A DNA stretch of 64,000 nucleotides from Longimicrobiales bacterium (lineage in GTDB: Bacteria; Gemmatimonadota; Gemmatimonadetes; Longimicrobiales; Gaopeijiaceae): contig OZ242008.1 of the NCBI GenBank assembly GCA_965204735.1, positions 1,824,001 through 1,888,000 of the forward strand, given 5' to 3'. Both the position numbers and the translations under genes were made by a program. The notes under the pieces are model-generated. The model was not told the origin of the DNA, ran no database searches, and saw only the letters and a list, made by a program, of their open reading frames with translations. Shown here one piece after another: positions 28,047 to 39,696 of this stretch. Every line of letters starts with the position of its first letter. The first letter of the stretch is position 1.

Positions 28047-29323
28047 TGGCCGCGACCACCGCCGAGTACGCGGTCGCCCGCAACCCCGAGATGGGACCCG
28101 GCGGCGCTCTGGTCGCCAGCCCGATCGAGCCCTTCGACGTGCCGGAGCCCGAGCTGGACTCGGACACGATGCTGGTGAACGTGGGTCCCCAGCACCCGGC
28201 CACCCACGGCGTCCTGCGGCTTGTCGTGGAGCTGGACGGCGAGACGGTGGTCAAGGTGACCCCCCGGCTGGGCTACCTCCACTCGTCCTTCGAGAAGCTC
28301 GGCGAGTACCGCACCTGGAACCAGGTGGTGCCCCTCACCGACCGGATGGACTACTTGGCGCCTCTGATCTACAACTGCGCCTACGTGATGGCGGTCGAGA
28401 AGCTGATGGGCATCGAGGTGACGGAACGCTGCCGGGTCGCCCGCGTGATCTGCATGGAGATGGACCGGATCTTCTCCCACCTCCTCTGGCTGGGCACGTG
28501 GTCGATCGACGTGGGCGCCTTCACCCCCTTCCTGTACGCCTTTCAGCAGCGGGAGAAGGTCTACAAGCTTCACGAGGCGCTCACCGGCGCCCGGATCACC
28601 ACCTCCGCCACGCGCATCGGCGGGATGATGGCCGACCTTCCCGAGGGCTGGACCGAGGGCGTGCGCGAGTTCGCCGACGACCTGCCCGCCACGCTGGACG
28701 AGATCGACGGCCTCCTCACCTGCAACGCCATCCACGTCGGACGCACCCAGGGCGTCGGCGCCGTCTCGGCGGAAGAGGCGGTGAACCACGGCCTCACCGG
28801 CGCCAACCTGCGCGCCAGCGGCGTGGCCTACGACGTGCGCAAGGACCGTCCCTACTACGACTACGAGAACTACGACTTCGAGGTCCCCGTCGGCCGCCAC
28901 GGCGACTGCTACGACCGCTACTTGGTGCGGATGGAGGAGATGCGCCAGAGCATCCGCATCCTGCGCCAAGCGCTCGACAAGCTTCCCGGCGGGCCGATGG
29001 ACGTGGACGACCCGAGGATCAGCCTGCCTTCCAAGACCGACTGCATGTCCGACATGGAGTCGATGATCCATCACTTCAAGCTGATCACCGAGGGCATTCC
29101 GGCGCCTGCCGAGGACTGCTGGTTCTCGGTGGAGGGGTCGAAGGGGGAGCTGGGGATGTACGTGGTGGGCGACGGGGGCCCCAAGCCGGTGCGGTGGCGG
29201 ATCCGTCCCCCGTCCTTCGTCAACCTGTCGGCGATTCCCAAGCTCTCGGAGGGGCACCTGATGGCCGACCTGATCGTGATCAACGCCAGCTTGGACATCG
29301 TGCTCGGCGAGATCGACCGGTGA
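28046..29323 (+). CDS. nuoD: NADH-quinone oxidoreductase subunit D
   Basis: NVGPQHPATHGVLR, DRMDY, GDCYDRY, DIVLGEIDR. Confidence 0.96.
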   Translation: MAATTAEYAVARNPEMGPGGALVASPIEPFDVPEPELDSDTMLVNVGPQHPATHGVLRLVVELDGETVVKVTPRLGYLHSSFEKLGEYRTWNQVVPLTDRMDYLAPLIYNCAYVMAVEKLMGIEVTERCRVARVICMEMDRIFSHLLWLGTWSIDVGAFTPFLYAFQQREKVYKLHEALTGARITTSATRIGGMMADLPEGWTEGVREFADDLPATLDEIDGLLTCNAIHVGRTQGVGAVSAEEAVNHGLTGANLRASGVAYDVRKDRPYYDYENYDFEVPVGRHGDCYDRYLVRMEEMRQSIRILRQALDKLPGGPMDVDDPRISLPSKTDCMSDMESMIHHFKLITEGIPAPAEDCWFSVEGSKGELGMYVVGDGGPKPVRWRIRPPSFVNLSAIPKLSEGHLMADLIVINASLDIVLGEIDR

Positions 29324-30009
29324 GCGACGCCCCCTTCCGCAACCCCGGGTGGGCCGGGAACACGGGCGAGTTCGACCTGACCGAGGCCCAGGTCCGCGGC
29401 GACCCGTACGTGGGAGAGCGGCCCCTCGACGGCGGACACCCGGGCGCCGCCCCGAGCCTGCCCTACATGCTGACGAAGAAGAACCCGTCGGCGCCCCTCT
29501 TCGAGGGTTCCTACAAGGAGCGCCTGAGCAAGATCAAGGAGCGGTACCCGACGAGCCGGGCCGCCCTCCTGCCCGTGCTGAACATGGCGCAGGAGGTGCG
29601 GGGCCACGTCTCTCCGGAAACGATGGACGAGGTGGCCGGGCTGCTGGACCTGGACCGGGCCGGCGTCCGGGGCGTCGCCACCTTCTACACGATGTACAAC
29701 AAGCGTCCCGTGGGCCGGTTCCTCGTCCAGGTGTGCACCAACATCTCGTGCAACCTCTGCGGCGCCGACGAGGTGCTGGCGACCTTTCTGGATCATGTCG
29801 GCGCCGAGCTGGGGGAGACTTCGGCGGACGGGAACTTCACCGTGATCGAGGCCGAGTGCCTGGCGGCGTGCGGCTTCCCGACCTGCGTGCAGATCAACTC
29901 CCGATACTTCGAGGACGTGAGCGCCGCCGACGTGCCCGCCATCTTGGAGCGCCTGAAGGCCGAGGCCGACGACGCGGCGCCGGGCGACGGCCGGTCCGCC
30001 CGTCTCTAG
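29320..30009 (+). CDS. nuoE: NADH-quinone oxidoreductase subunit E (N-terminal extension; start uncertain)
   Basis: VATFYTMY, CTNISC, ECLAAC..P. Confidence 0.92.
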   Translation: MSDAPFRNPGWAGNTGEFDLTEAQVRGDPYVGERPLDGGHPGAAPSLPYMLTKKNPSAPLFEGSYKERLSKIKERYPTSRAALLPVLNMAQEVRGHVSPETMDEVAGLLDLDRAGVRGVATFYTMYNKRPVGRFLVQVCTNISCNLCGADEVLATFLDHVGAELGETSADGNFTVIEAECLAACGFPTCVQINSRYFEDVSAADVPAILERLKAEADDAAPGDGRSARL

Positions 30010-30018
30010 AGGACCGAG

Positions 30019-31311
<1,293 letters not shown>

Positions 31312-31334
31312 CCCACGAGCACGGGAGCCCCCGA

Positions 31335-32966
31335 ATGCCGGACAACGGCCGCAAGCCCGAAACCGTCGCGTTGACGATCGACGGGCGCGAAGTCGTGGCG
31401 CCCAAGGGCGCGTCGCTGCTCCAGGCCGCGGCGGGCGCCGGGATCGAGGTTCCCCACTACTGCTACCACCCGGGACTCTCGGTGCCGGCCCAGTGCCGGG
31501 TCTGCCTGGTGGAGGTCGAGGGCGCGCCCAAGCTCCAGCCGGCCTGCGTGACGCCGGCCCAGGACGGGCAAGTGGTCCGCACCGACGGCGACGCGGCCGT
31601 GAAGATGCGCAAGGGCGTCTTCGAGTTCTACTTGGTCAACCACCCCCTCGACTGTCCGATCTGCGACATGTCCGGCGAGTGCAAGCTCCAGGACTACGTC
31701 TTCGCGGAAGGCCGGGAGCACGGGCGGGCACGAGAGCCCAAGCGGGTCTTCGGGCGGGACGACTTCGGCGGCGACGTTCTCTACTACGGCGACCGGTGCG
31801 TCATGTGCACGCGCTGCGTCCGGTTCATGGAGGAAGTGGCGGGCGACCCTCGGCTCACGGTCGTGGAGCGGGGGAGCCGGGCGGTGATCGACACCTTCTT
31901 CGACGAGGGCCTGGAGGGCGCGGCCTTCGCGGGCAACGTGGTGGACATCTGCCCCGTGGGCGCGCTGGTCTCCAAGGAGTTCCTGCACAAGGCCCGGGCG
32001 TGGGACCTGGACCACACGCCTTCGGTGTGCGCCGGCTGCAGCCAGGGCTGCAACATCGAGCTCCACACCCGAGACAACTTGGTCCAGCGCGTCAAGCCCC
32101 GGGAGAACCAGGAGGTCAACGGCCACTGGATGTGCGACTACGGGCGCGAGAGCTACGAGTGGCTCAACCGCCCGGACCGGCTTGCCGCGCCGCTGGTGGG
32201 CCGGGCGCCCGAACGGGCGCGCGCGGATTGGCGGGACGCCTTGGGCCGCCTTCGCCGACGGATCGAGGAGGTGCGGGGCGCGGAGGTGCTGGCGGTCGCT
32301 TCGCCGCTGTGGCCGAACGAGGGACTTGCCGCGCTGGACGCGGTGGCCCGGGCCGCCGGGACGGTGAAGGGGCGGGTCTTCCGCTCGCCCCGCGCCCAGG
32401 ACGAGGAGCCGCTGCCGGGCTTCCCCCTGCTGATCCGCCGGAGGGACCTGGCGCCCAACGTGGACGGCGCCGGGCTGCTGGGGTTCGAGCGCGCCGGCGA
32501 CGACCAGGGCAAGGGCGGGCTCGAAGGAGCGGCGGACCACGACGGAGTCGTTCTGGTCCTGGGGGACGAGCTGCCGGACCAGCCGGAGCAGTTCGGCGCC
32601 CGCGCCGCCCTCTTCGTCTACCTGGGGACCCACGACTCGCCCGCCGCCGCAAACGCGGACTTCGTGCTGCCGGTCACGACCTGCGCCGAGCAGGAGGGGA
32701 CGTTCGTGAACGCGCAGGGAAGGGTGCAGCGCTTCCAGCAGGCCCTGCGGCCTCCGGCGACGGCCCGGCCGGCTTGGCTCGTGCTGGGGGCTCTCGCAGC
32801 GGCGCTCGGCAGTGGTCGCCCCCACGCCCGCGCGGACGCGGCGTTCGCGTCGCTGGCCGCCGACCACCCGTCGTTCGCCGGACTGGAGTACGACGCCCTG
32901 GGGCTGGCCGGAGCGCCCCTTGCGGCCCCGGCGTCGGCCGAGCCGGCCGGAGCGCGCGCTCCATGA
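31335..32966 (+). CDS. nuoG: NADH-quinone oxidoreductase subunit G (short form)
   Basis: HYCYHP..AQCRVCLVE, NHPLDCPICD..GECKLQ, RCVMCTRC, CPVGAL, CAGCSQGC...C. Confidence 0.94.
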   Translation: MPDNGRKPETVALTIDGREVVAPKGASLLQAAAGAGIEVPHYCYHPGLSVPAQCRVCLVEVEGAPKLQPACVTPAQDGQVVRTDGDAAVKMRKGVFEFYLVNHPLDCPICDMSGECKLQDYVFAEGREHGRAREPKRVFGRDDFGGDVLYYGDRCVMCTRCVRFMEEVAGDPRLTVVERGSRAVIDTFFDEGLEGAAFAGNVVDICPVGALVSKEFLHKARAWDLDHTPSVCAGCSQGCNIELHTRDNLVQRVKPRENQEVNGHWMCDYGRESYEWLNRPDRLAAPLVGRAPERARADWRDALGRLRRRIEEVRGAEVLAVASPLWPNEGLAALDAVARAAGTVKGRVFRSPRAQDEEPLPGFPLLIRRRDLAPNVDGAGLLGFERAGDDQGKGGLEGAADHDGVVLVLGDELPDQPEQFGARAALFVYLGTHDSPAAANADFVLPVTTCAEQEGTFVNAQGRVQRFQQALRPPATARPAWLVLGALAAALGSGRPHARADAAFASLAADHPSFAGLEYDALGLAGAPLAAPASAEPAGARAP

Positions 32967-34291
32967 ACGAGATGCACCACTTCTCGCCGATGGCCTTCCT
33001 GGCGATCGGCACGGTCAAGGTCTTGCTGGTCTTCACGGTGGTGATGGTGGTGGTGGCCTACATGACCTTTGCGGAACGGCGGGTCTCCGCCTTCATCCAG
33101 GACCGCCTGGGCCCCAACCGGGTGGGTCCCCAAGGTCTCCTGCAGCCCATCGCCGACGGGATCAAGAACATCCTGAAGGAAGAGACGATGCCCGGGACGG
33201 CGTCCAAGTTCTACTTCGTTCTGGGGCCCGCGCTGGCGATCACGCCCGCGCTGGCGACGATTGCCGTCGTGCCCTTCGCCGCTCCCCTGCCCACGCCGTG
33301 GGGGACGGTGGACATGATCGTGGCCGACGTGCCGATAGGCGTCCTGTACGTCCTGGCCCTCTCTTCGCTGGCGGTGTACGGCTTGGTCCTGGGCGGGTGG
33401 GCGTCGAACAACAAGTACGCGTTCCTGGGAGGGCTGCGGGCGTCGGCCCAGATGGTGTCCTACGAAGTGGCCTTGGGACTGAGCCTGGTCGCCGTGCTCC
33501 TCCTTGCCGGCAACGTGACCCTGACCGAGGTGGTGGCGAGGCAGCAGCAGCTGGACTTCTGGTTCGCGTTCCCCCTCTCCCTGGCGTTCGTCTTCTTCGT
33601 CGTGTCGGCGTTCGCCGAGACGAACCGCCTGCCCTTCGACATGCCCGAAGCGGAGTCGGAGCTGATCACCGGATACCACACCGAGTACTCGTCCATGAAG
33701 TTCTCCATGTTCTTCATCGCCGAGTACGCCCACGTGGTGACGGCGTCGGCGCTGATGGCCACCCTCTTCTTCGGCGGCTGGGACGTTCCCTTCTGGACCG
33801 GCGACGACATGTTCCACCACCAGGGCGCGCTGATTCGAGGCTTCGACGACGCCGGGGCGCCGATCCCCGCCACGCCCAGCGTCCTGGTGACCCTTCTGAC
33901 GCTGGCGTCGTTCTGCGCCAAGACGGCGTTCTTCCTCCTTCTCTTCATATGGGTGCGGTGGACGTTGCCCCGCTTCCGCTACGACCAGGTGATGCACCTG
34001 GGGTGGAAGGTCCTGCTTCCGGCAGCCCTGGGCTACGTGGTGCTCGTCGCGGGGACCATGCTGGTGCTCGACCAGCTGGGCGTGCCCTTCGGGTTCGCCT
34101 ACGGGCTGGCCCTTACCGGCGTGAGCGGGCTGGCCACCTTCGCGTTCCTCTTCGTCGTGGACCGGGACCGGATCATCGGCGGCGCCCATCGGCGGCGCCC
34201 GGGGCGGCCTGCCGCCTCTCCCGCGCCCGAACGAACCCCGACGGCGCCCGCTGCTCCCGACGGCGCCCCTGCAAGCTGGAAAGGCGGCTGA
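32963..34291 (+). CDS. nuoH: NADH-quinone oxidoreductase subunit H
   Basis: ERRV..IQDRLGPNRVG, SYEV, AETNRLPFD.PEAESEL, PRFRYDQ. Confidence 0.96.
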   Translation: MNEMHHFSPMAFLAIGTVKVLLVFTVVMVVVAYMTFAERRVSAFIQDRLGPNRVGPQGLLQPIADGIKNILKEETMPGTASKFYFVLGPALAITPALATIAVVPFAAPLPTPWGTVDMIVADVPIGVLYVLALSSLAVYGLVLGGWASNNKYAFLGGLRASAQMVSYEVALGLSLVAVLLLAGNVTLTEVVARQQQLDFWFAFPLSLAFVFFVVSAFAETNRLPFDMPEAESELITGYHTEYSSMKFSMFFIAEYAHVVTASALMATLFFGGWDVPFWTGDDMFHHQGALIRGFDDAGAPIPATPSVLVTLLTLASFCAKTAFFLLLFIWVRWTLPRFRYDQVMHLGWKVLLPAALGYVVLVAGTMLVLDQLGVPFGFAYGLALTGVSGLATFAFLFVVDRDRIIGGAHRRRPGRPAASPAPERTPTAPAAPDGAPASWKGG

Positions 34292-34298
34292 CGGCAAG

Positions 34299-34799
34299 AT
34301 GGCGATCTCGGTCAAGGTCATGGAGCGCCCCGAGGCGGGCCGCACGTCGTACATGCGAGCCACCCTCAAGGGAATGAGCCTCACCTTCAAGCACATGGTG
34401 CGTCCCAAGTCGGTGACGCTCGAGTACCCGGAGGAGCAGCCCTCGCTCCATCCGCGCTGGCGGGGCACCCACCGCATGGAGGTCCACGCCGACGGACGGC
34501 CCAAGTGCGTGGCGTGCGGCCTCTGTCCCACCGTGTGCCCGGCCAACTGCATCCGGCTGGTGGGCGGCGAGGACGACCAGGGCAACCGCTACCCCGTCGT
34601 CTACGAGATCGACGAGTTCCGCTGCATCTTCTGCGGCATGTGCCAGGAGGTGTGCCCGGTGGAGGCGATCCACGTGGGTCGGCACTTCGAGAACGCCGAG
34701 TACACGCGGGACCGCTTCGTGTACGACCTGGACCGGCTCATGGAGCAGGACCACCCCACGACCCTTCTCTGGGACCCTTCGGACCCCCGCTCCGAATGA
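34299..34799 (+). CDS. nuoI: NADH-quinone oxidoreductase subunit I
   Basis: CVACGLCPTVCP and CIFCGMCQEVCP. Confidence 0.96.
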   Translation: MAISVKVMERPEAGRTSYMRATLKGMSLTFKHMVRPKSVTLEYPEEQPSLHPRWRGTHRMEVHADGRPKCVACGLCPTVCPANCIRLVGGEDDQGNRYPVVYEIDEFRCIFCGMCQEVCPVEAIHVGRHFENAEYTRDRFVYDLDRLMEQDHPTTLLWDPSDPRSE

Positions 34800-35317
34800 C
34801 CTGGACCCTCTTCGGCCTCTTCGCGGTGACGGCGACGTGCAGCGCCGTCGGCGTCGTGATCGGGCGCAACCCGGTGGCGAGCCTCCTCTTCATGATCGCC
34901 ACCCTGGCCTCGGTGGCGGGCATCTACGTGCTCCTCGAGGCCCACTTCCTGGCCGCCGTGCAGGTGATCGTCTACGCCGGGGCGATCATGGTCCTCTTCC
35001 TCTTCGTGATCATGCTCCTGAACCTGGGCCACGACTACCAGGCCGACGTGAAGTTCGGGCTCTGGTTCCTTCTGGCCTTCGTGGTCGCGGGCCTCACCGC
35101 CGGCGCCCTGGCCACCCGCTTCGCCGATGCCGCCGATGCCGGCTTCGGGGACGGCGCCGCGGGCGAGGCGATCGACGCGGCCGTCCGGGAGAAGGGGGCG
35201 GTCGGCGCCATCGCCGATCCCCTCTTCACCGACTACGTGATCGCCTTCGAGCTCACCGGACTGCTCCTGCTGGTGGCCGTCGTGGCCGCCGTCGCCCTCG
35301 CCAAGCCCCGCAACTGA
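34796..35317 (+). CDS. nuoJ: NADH-quinone oxidoreductase subunit J
   Basis: [26 protein letters not shown]. Confidence 0.94.
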   Translation: MTWTLFGLFAVTATCSAVGVVIGRNPVASLLFMIATLASVAGIYVLLEAHFLAAVQVIVYAGAIMVLFLFVIMLLNLGHDYQADVKFGLWFLLAFVVAGLTAGALATRFADAADAGFGDGAAGEAIDAAVREKGAVGAIADPLFTDYVIAFELTGLLLLVAVVAAVALAKPRN

Positions 35318-35327
35318 CGTGGGAACG

Positions 35328-35624
35328 ATGCTGGTCGAACCTGCCCTGATCCTGAGCGCAGTGCTCTTCGTGATCGGTTCGTTGGGCGTCGTCGTGCGCC
35401 GCAACGCCATCATCGTCTTTCTGTGCATCGAGCTTCAGCTGAACGCCGTCAACCTGGCCTTCGTGGCGCTCTCCCGTCACGTCGGGATCGAAGGACAGGT
35501 CTTCGTGTTCTTCGTCATGACCGTGGCCGCCGCCGAGGCCGCCGTCGGGCTGGCGATCATCATCTCCATCTTCCGCCACTACCAGACGGTGGGCGTGGAG
35601 AAGTTCAGCCTGCTGAGATGGTAG
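35328..35624 (+). CDS. nuoK: NADH-quinone oxidoreductase subunit K
   Basis: [26 protein letters not shown]. Confidence 0.95.
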   Translation: MLVEPALILSAVLFVIGSLGVVVRRNAIIVFLCIELQLNAVNLAFVALSRHVGIEGQVFVFFVMTVAAAEAAVGLAIIISIFRHYQTVGVEKFSLLRW

Positions 35625-35637
35625 CTCGACGCCCTCC

Positions 35638-37887
35638 GTGGAAGCCGTGCTGACCTCCGTTCTCCCGCCCCTGGGAGCGGCGGCCGCGGGCGAATTGGCC
35701 GTGGGAGCGGCGGCCGAGGTCGAGTCGGCCGTGCGGGCCATGGCGGCCGTTGCGCCCCAGGGGGCCGCCCACTGGGAGCCCTTCCTGCCCGGACTGGTGG
35801 TCCTCCTGCCCCTCCTGGGGTTCGTCGCCAACGCGCTCCTGGCTCTCTCGGCGTCCCGCCGCTCCTCCGCCGCGGTGCGAGCGGGGAAGGAGTGGGACCC
35901 CTTCGCCGGCGCGGTTCGGCCCCGAACCCACACGCTGCCCACCTGGATCGGCCCCGGCGTGATGGCGGGGGCCTTCGTCCTGGCGGCGGTGAACTTCGCG
36001 ACGGCCCTGGGGGCGCACCTGGAGGAGCCGGTGATCGCCGGTCCCTACTGGACCTGGATCGCCACCGAGACGCTGCGCGTCGACGCCGCCCTCCACTTGG
36101 ACCCCCTCTCGCTGGCGATGATGCTCGTGGTGACGGGGGTCGGCTTCCTCATCCACGTCTTCAGCGTGGGCTACATGAGGGACGACCCGGGCTACCCCCG
36201 CTACTTCGCCTACCTCAACCTCTTCGTCTTCTTCATGCTGGTCCTGGTCCTGGGGTCCGGCTACGCCACGATGTTCGTGGGATGGGAGGGCGTCGGGCTG
36301 TGCAGCTACCTGTTGATCGGCTACTGGTTCAGCGACCGGGAGAAGTCCGACGCGGGCAAGAAGGCGTTCATCGTCAACCGAATCGGCGACTTCGGCTTCC
36401 TGCTGGCGGTCTTCCTGATCTTCCAGGCGTTCGGGACGCTGGACTTCGTGTCGGTGGCGGCCGGGGCGGAAGGAGAGTTCGCCTACGGCGGCGCGACCGT
36501 CACGGCGATCACCCTCCTGCTCATGCTGGGCGCGGCGGGGAAGAGCGCACAGGTGCCGCTCCACGTGTGGCTGCCCGACGCCATGGCGGGACCGACGCCC
36601 GTGTCGGCGCTGATCCACGCGGCCACCATGGTCACCGCCGGGGTGTACATGGTCGTGCGCTCGTCGGCCCTCTACGCGCTGGCTCCCGCGAGCCAGGCGG
36701 TGGTGGCGGGGGTCGGCGTGCTCACGGCGTTCGTGGCGGCGACGATCGCCCTCAAGCAGCACGACATCAAGAAGGTGCTGGCCTACTCCACGGTCTCCCA
36801 GCTGGGCTTCATGTTCCTGGCCGCGGGAGTGGGAGCGTACGCGGCCGCGGTCTTCCACTTGGTGACCCATGCCTTCTTCAAGGCGCTTCTCTTCCTGGGC
36901 GCCGGGGCGGTGATCCACGCCATGCACCATGCGACGGCCCACGGAGAAGAAGGCCACGGCGCGCCGGACCCCCAGGACATGCGGAACATGGGAGGACTGC
37001 GGAAGCGCATGCCCGTCACCTGGGCCGTCATGGGGGTTGCCACGCTGGCCATTGCCGGGATATGGCCCTTCGCCGGCTTCTTCTCGAAGGACGAGATCAT
37101 CTGGTACGCGGGCGCGTGGGCCGGCGCGGAGTCGAACGCCTTCGGAGGACTCTACCAGGCGTACTGGGCGCTGGCCCTGGTCACGGCCCTCCTCACCGCC
37201 TTCTACATGGCCCGCCTGATGGTCATGACCTTCCACGGGGCCAGCCGCGCGGGACCGGGCGCGTCGCGCCTCCACGAGGCTCCCCGCGTCATGACCGTGC
37301 CGCTGGTGGTCCTGGCCGCGCTCTCGGTGGTGGGCGGCTTCCTCAACGTGCCCGAGGCGCTGCACGGGACCGTCCTGGGCCTCTTCGGGGCCGTCCCCGT
37401 CGAGTGGCTGCACCACTGGCTGGGACCTGTGATCCACGCCGCCGAGGAGATTCAGGTCGGCGCCGTTGGGGCGGCCTCCAAGTCGGCGCCCGTCGGCGGC
37501 GGCGAGTTCGCCTGGGCCCTCGCGTCCACCGCCGCGGCTGCGCTCGTGGTGGTCGCCACCTTCCGGGTCTTGGGGCGCCGCGCCTACGCGACGGCCGCCG
37601 ACGATCCGGCGCCCGCCGGCCCGGTCGTCCGATTCCTGCACCGCAAGTGGTACTTCGACGAAGCCTACGACCGAATCGTGGTTCGCCCCGTTCTGGCCGC
37701 CTCCCGCTGGTGCTGGAAGGTCGTGGACGAGCGCGTGATCGACGGCTCGGTCAACTTCACGGCGCAGTTCACCCGAGTCGTCGGCTGGATCGCAAGCATC
37801 TTCCAGACCGGTCAGGTGAACATGTACGCATTCGTGCTGGCCCTGGGCGTCCTCCTCGTCCTCGGGGCGGCGGTCCTCCTGCCTTGA
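35638..37887 (+). CDS. nuoL: NADH-quinone oxidoreductase subunit L (start may be 35740)
   Basis: GWEGVGLCSYLLIG, GKSAQ.PLHVWLPDAMAGPTPVSALIHAATMV, HAFFKALLFL. Confidence 0.95.
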   Translation: MEAVLTSVLPPLGAAAAGELAVGAAAEVESAVRAMAAVAPQGAAHWEPFLPGLVVLLPLLGFVANALLALSASRRSSAAVRAGKEWDPFAGAVRPRTHTLPTWIGPGVMAGAFVLAAVNFATALGAHLEEPVIAGPYWTWIATETLRVDAALHLDPLSLAMMLVVTGVGFLIHVFSVGYMRDDPGYPRYFAYLNLFVFFMLVLVLGSGYATMFVGWEGVGLCSYLLIGYWFSDREKSDAGKKAFIVNRIGDFGFLLAVFLIFQAFGTLDFVSVAAGAEGEFAYGGATVTAITLLLMLGAAGKSAQVPLHVWLPDAMAGPTPVSALIHAATMVTAGVYMVVRSSALYALAPASQAVVAGVGVLTAFVAATIALKQHDIKKVLAYSTVSQLGFMFLAAGVGAYAAAVFHLVTHAFFKALLFLGAGAVIHAMHHATAHGEEGHGAPDPQDMRNMGGLRKRMPVTWAVMGVATLAIAGIWPFAGFFSKDEIIWYAGAWAGAESNAFGGLYQAYWALALVTALLTAFYMARLMVMTFHGASRAGPGASRLHEAPRVMTVPLVVLAALSVVGGFLNVPEALHGTVLGLFGAVPVEWLHHWLGPVIHAAEEIQVGAVGAASKSAPVGGGEFAWALASTAAAALVVVATFRVLGRRAYATAADDPAPAGPVVRFLHRKWYFDEAYDRIVVRPVLAASRWCWKVVDERVIDGSVNFTAQFTRVVGWIASIFQTGQVNMYAFVLALGVLLVLGAAVLLP

Positions 37888-37891
37888 CGCC

Positions 37892-39691
37892 ATGACCGAC
37901 TTCCTCGCGTCGTTCGGGTACGAAAGCTGGATCCTCCACGCGCTGGTGTGGGGACCCCTCGCCGGAGCGGTTCACGTCCTGGCGGCGCCCAAGGAGCGGG
38001 CCAAGCGCCTGGCGTTTCGGTGGTCGGCCGTTCTCTTCGTGCTCAGCTCGGGTCTCTGGTGGGCTTACGACCCGACCGGGGGCGGGTTCGCCTTCGCGTC
38101 CTCGGCGCCCTGGATACCGGCCTGGGGCGTGGAGTACGCGCTTGGGCTGGACGGGATCTCCCTGTTCATGGTGATCCTGACCACGTTCACGACCCCCATC
38201 GCGATCCTGGGCTCCTTCAATTACGTGACCAAGCGGCGGAAGCCCTTCTACGCCTTGATGCTGCTGCTGGAGACCGGCGTCGTCGGCGTCTTTCTGGCCA
38301 CCGACCTGGTGCTCTTCTACGTCTTCTTCGAGCTCACCCTGGTTCCCATGTACTTCATCGTGGGGATATGGGGCGGCGAGAGGCGGATCTACGCCGCGGT
38401 GAAGTTCTTCCTGTACACGGCGGTGGGGTCGTTGCTGATGCTGGTGGCGATCCTCTACATGTACTTCGCCGGGGGCTCGGGCTCGTTCTCCTACGACGCC
38501 TTCCTGGGAACCGGCCTGGACCTGCGGGAGCAGCTCTGGCTCTTCGCCGCCTTCGCTCTGGCGTTCGGGATCAAGGTCCCCGTCTTCCCGCTCCACACTT
38601 GGCTCCCCGACGCCCACGTGGAGGCGCCCACCCCCGGCTCGGTGATCCTGGCGGCGGTGCTGCTGAAGATGGGCGCCTACGGCTTCCTTCGCTTTCTGCT
38701 CCCGTTCTTCCCCGAGGCCGCCCAGCACCCGGTGGTGGTCGCGGTCATGCTGACACTGGGCGTCGTGGGGATCGTCTACGCGGCGTGGGTCGCCGCCGTC
38801 CAGCCCGACGCCAAGAAGCTGGTCGCGTACACCTCCGTGGCCCACATGGGGTTCGTGGTGATCGGCGTCTTCGCCCTCACCGTCAACGGCCTCCAGGGCG
38901 GGCTCGTGGTGATGATCAGCCACGGCGTCTCCACCGGCGCCCTCTTCCTTCTGCTGGGCATGATGTACGAGCGGCGCCGAACCCGGCTGATCGAGGAGTT
39001 CGGCGGCATCGGACGGACCGCGCCGTTCTTCGCCACCGCCTTCGTGATCACGGCGCTGGCGTCGATCGGGTTGCCCGGCACCAGCGGCTTCGTGGGCGAG
39101 TTCCTGGCGCTGCTGGGCGCCTTCGAGACCCGGCCGGCGGCGGCCGTCGCGGCGACGACGGGGGTCGTCTTCGCAGCCTACTACATGCTTCCGATGGTCC
39201 AGCGGCTCCTCTTCAACCCGCCCGCCGATCCTGCGAACCGAAGCTTCCCCGACCTCTCCCGGCGCGAGACGGCGATCATGGCGCCGTTGCTGGCCCTGAT
39301 GATATGGATCGGCGTCCATCCGACGCCCTTCCTGGACCGGATGGGTCCCAGCGTGGACCGGGTCCTGGAGCGGGTGGAGGCTGCCCGCACCGGCGCGGCC
39401 GCGCCGGCCATGCCGTCGGTCGGCCAGCTGGCGCGGGTCCAGGCGGTCGAGCCCGCGGAGCCGCCCGCCGAGGCGCCGATGCAGTCCGTGCATCCGCCCG
39501 AGGCCGCCGGTCCCCTTGCCCTCGCCGAGTCGCCGGCGCTGGTCGATCCGCTGACGCTGGCGGCTCCGCTGGTGCTGGCCGCTCCGCCGGAGCTGATCGA
39601 TCCGCCAGCGCTGGCCGCTCCGTCCACGCTGGCCGCTCCGTTCGCGAGGAACGATCCGCCCGCGTTCCTCCGCGACGCGAACGACGAGTGA
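37892..39691 (+). CDS. nuoM: NADH-quinone oxidoreductase subunit M with long low-complexity tail
   Basis: FFELTLVPMY, KVPVFPLHTWLPDAHVEAP, LLKMG, GLPGTSGFVGEF. Confidence 0.95.
   Translation: MTDFLASFGYESWILHALVWGPLAGAVHVLAAPKERAKRLAFRWSAVLFVLSSGLWWAYDPTGGGFAFASSAPWIPAWGVEYALGLDGISLFMVILTTFTTPIAILGSFNYVTKRRKPFYALMLLLETGVVGVFLATDLVLFYVFFELTLVPMYFIVGIWGGERRIYAAVKFFLYTAVGSLLMLVAILYMYFAGGSGSFSYDAFLGTGLDLREQLWLFAAFALAFGIKVPVFPLHTWLPDAHVEAPTPGSVILAAVLLKMGAYGFLRFLLPFFPEAAQHPVVVAVMLTLGVVGIVYAAWVAAVQPDAKKLVAYTSVAHMGFVVIGVFALTVNGLQGGLVVMISHGVSTGALFLLLGMMYERRRTRLIEEFGGIGRTAPFFATAFVITALASIGLPGTSGFVGEFLALLGAFETRPAAAVAATTGVVFAAYYMLPMVQRLLFNPPADPANRSFPDLSRRETAIMAPLLALMIWIGVHPTPFLDRMGPSVDRVLERVEAARTGAAAPAMPSVGQLARVQAVEPAEPPAEAPMQSVHPPEAAGPLALAESPALVDPLTLAAPLVLAAPPELIDPPALAAPSTLAAPFARNDPPAFLRDANDE
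39512..39655 (+). repeat. About 8 degenerate 18-nt in-frame repeats (PxxLAA/PxxLxD) in the nuoM tail
   Basis: ccgctgacgctggcggct, ccgctggtgctggccgct, ccgccggagctgatcgat, ccgccagcgctggccgct, ccgtccacgctggccgct. Confidence 0.78.
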
Positions 39692-39696
39692 CCCCG

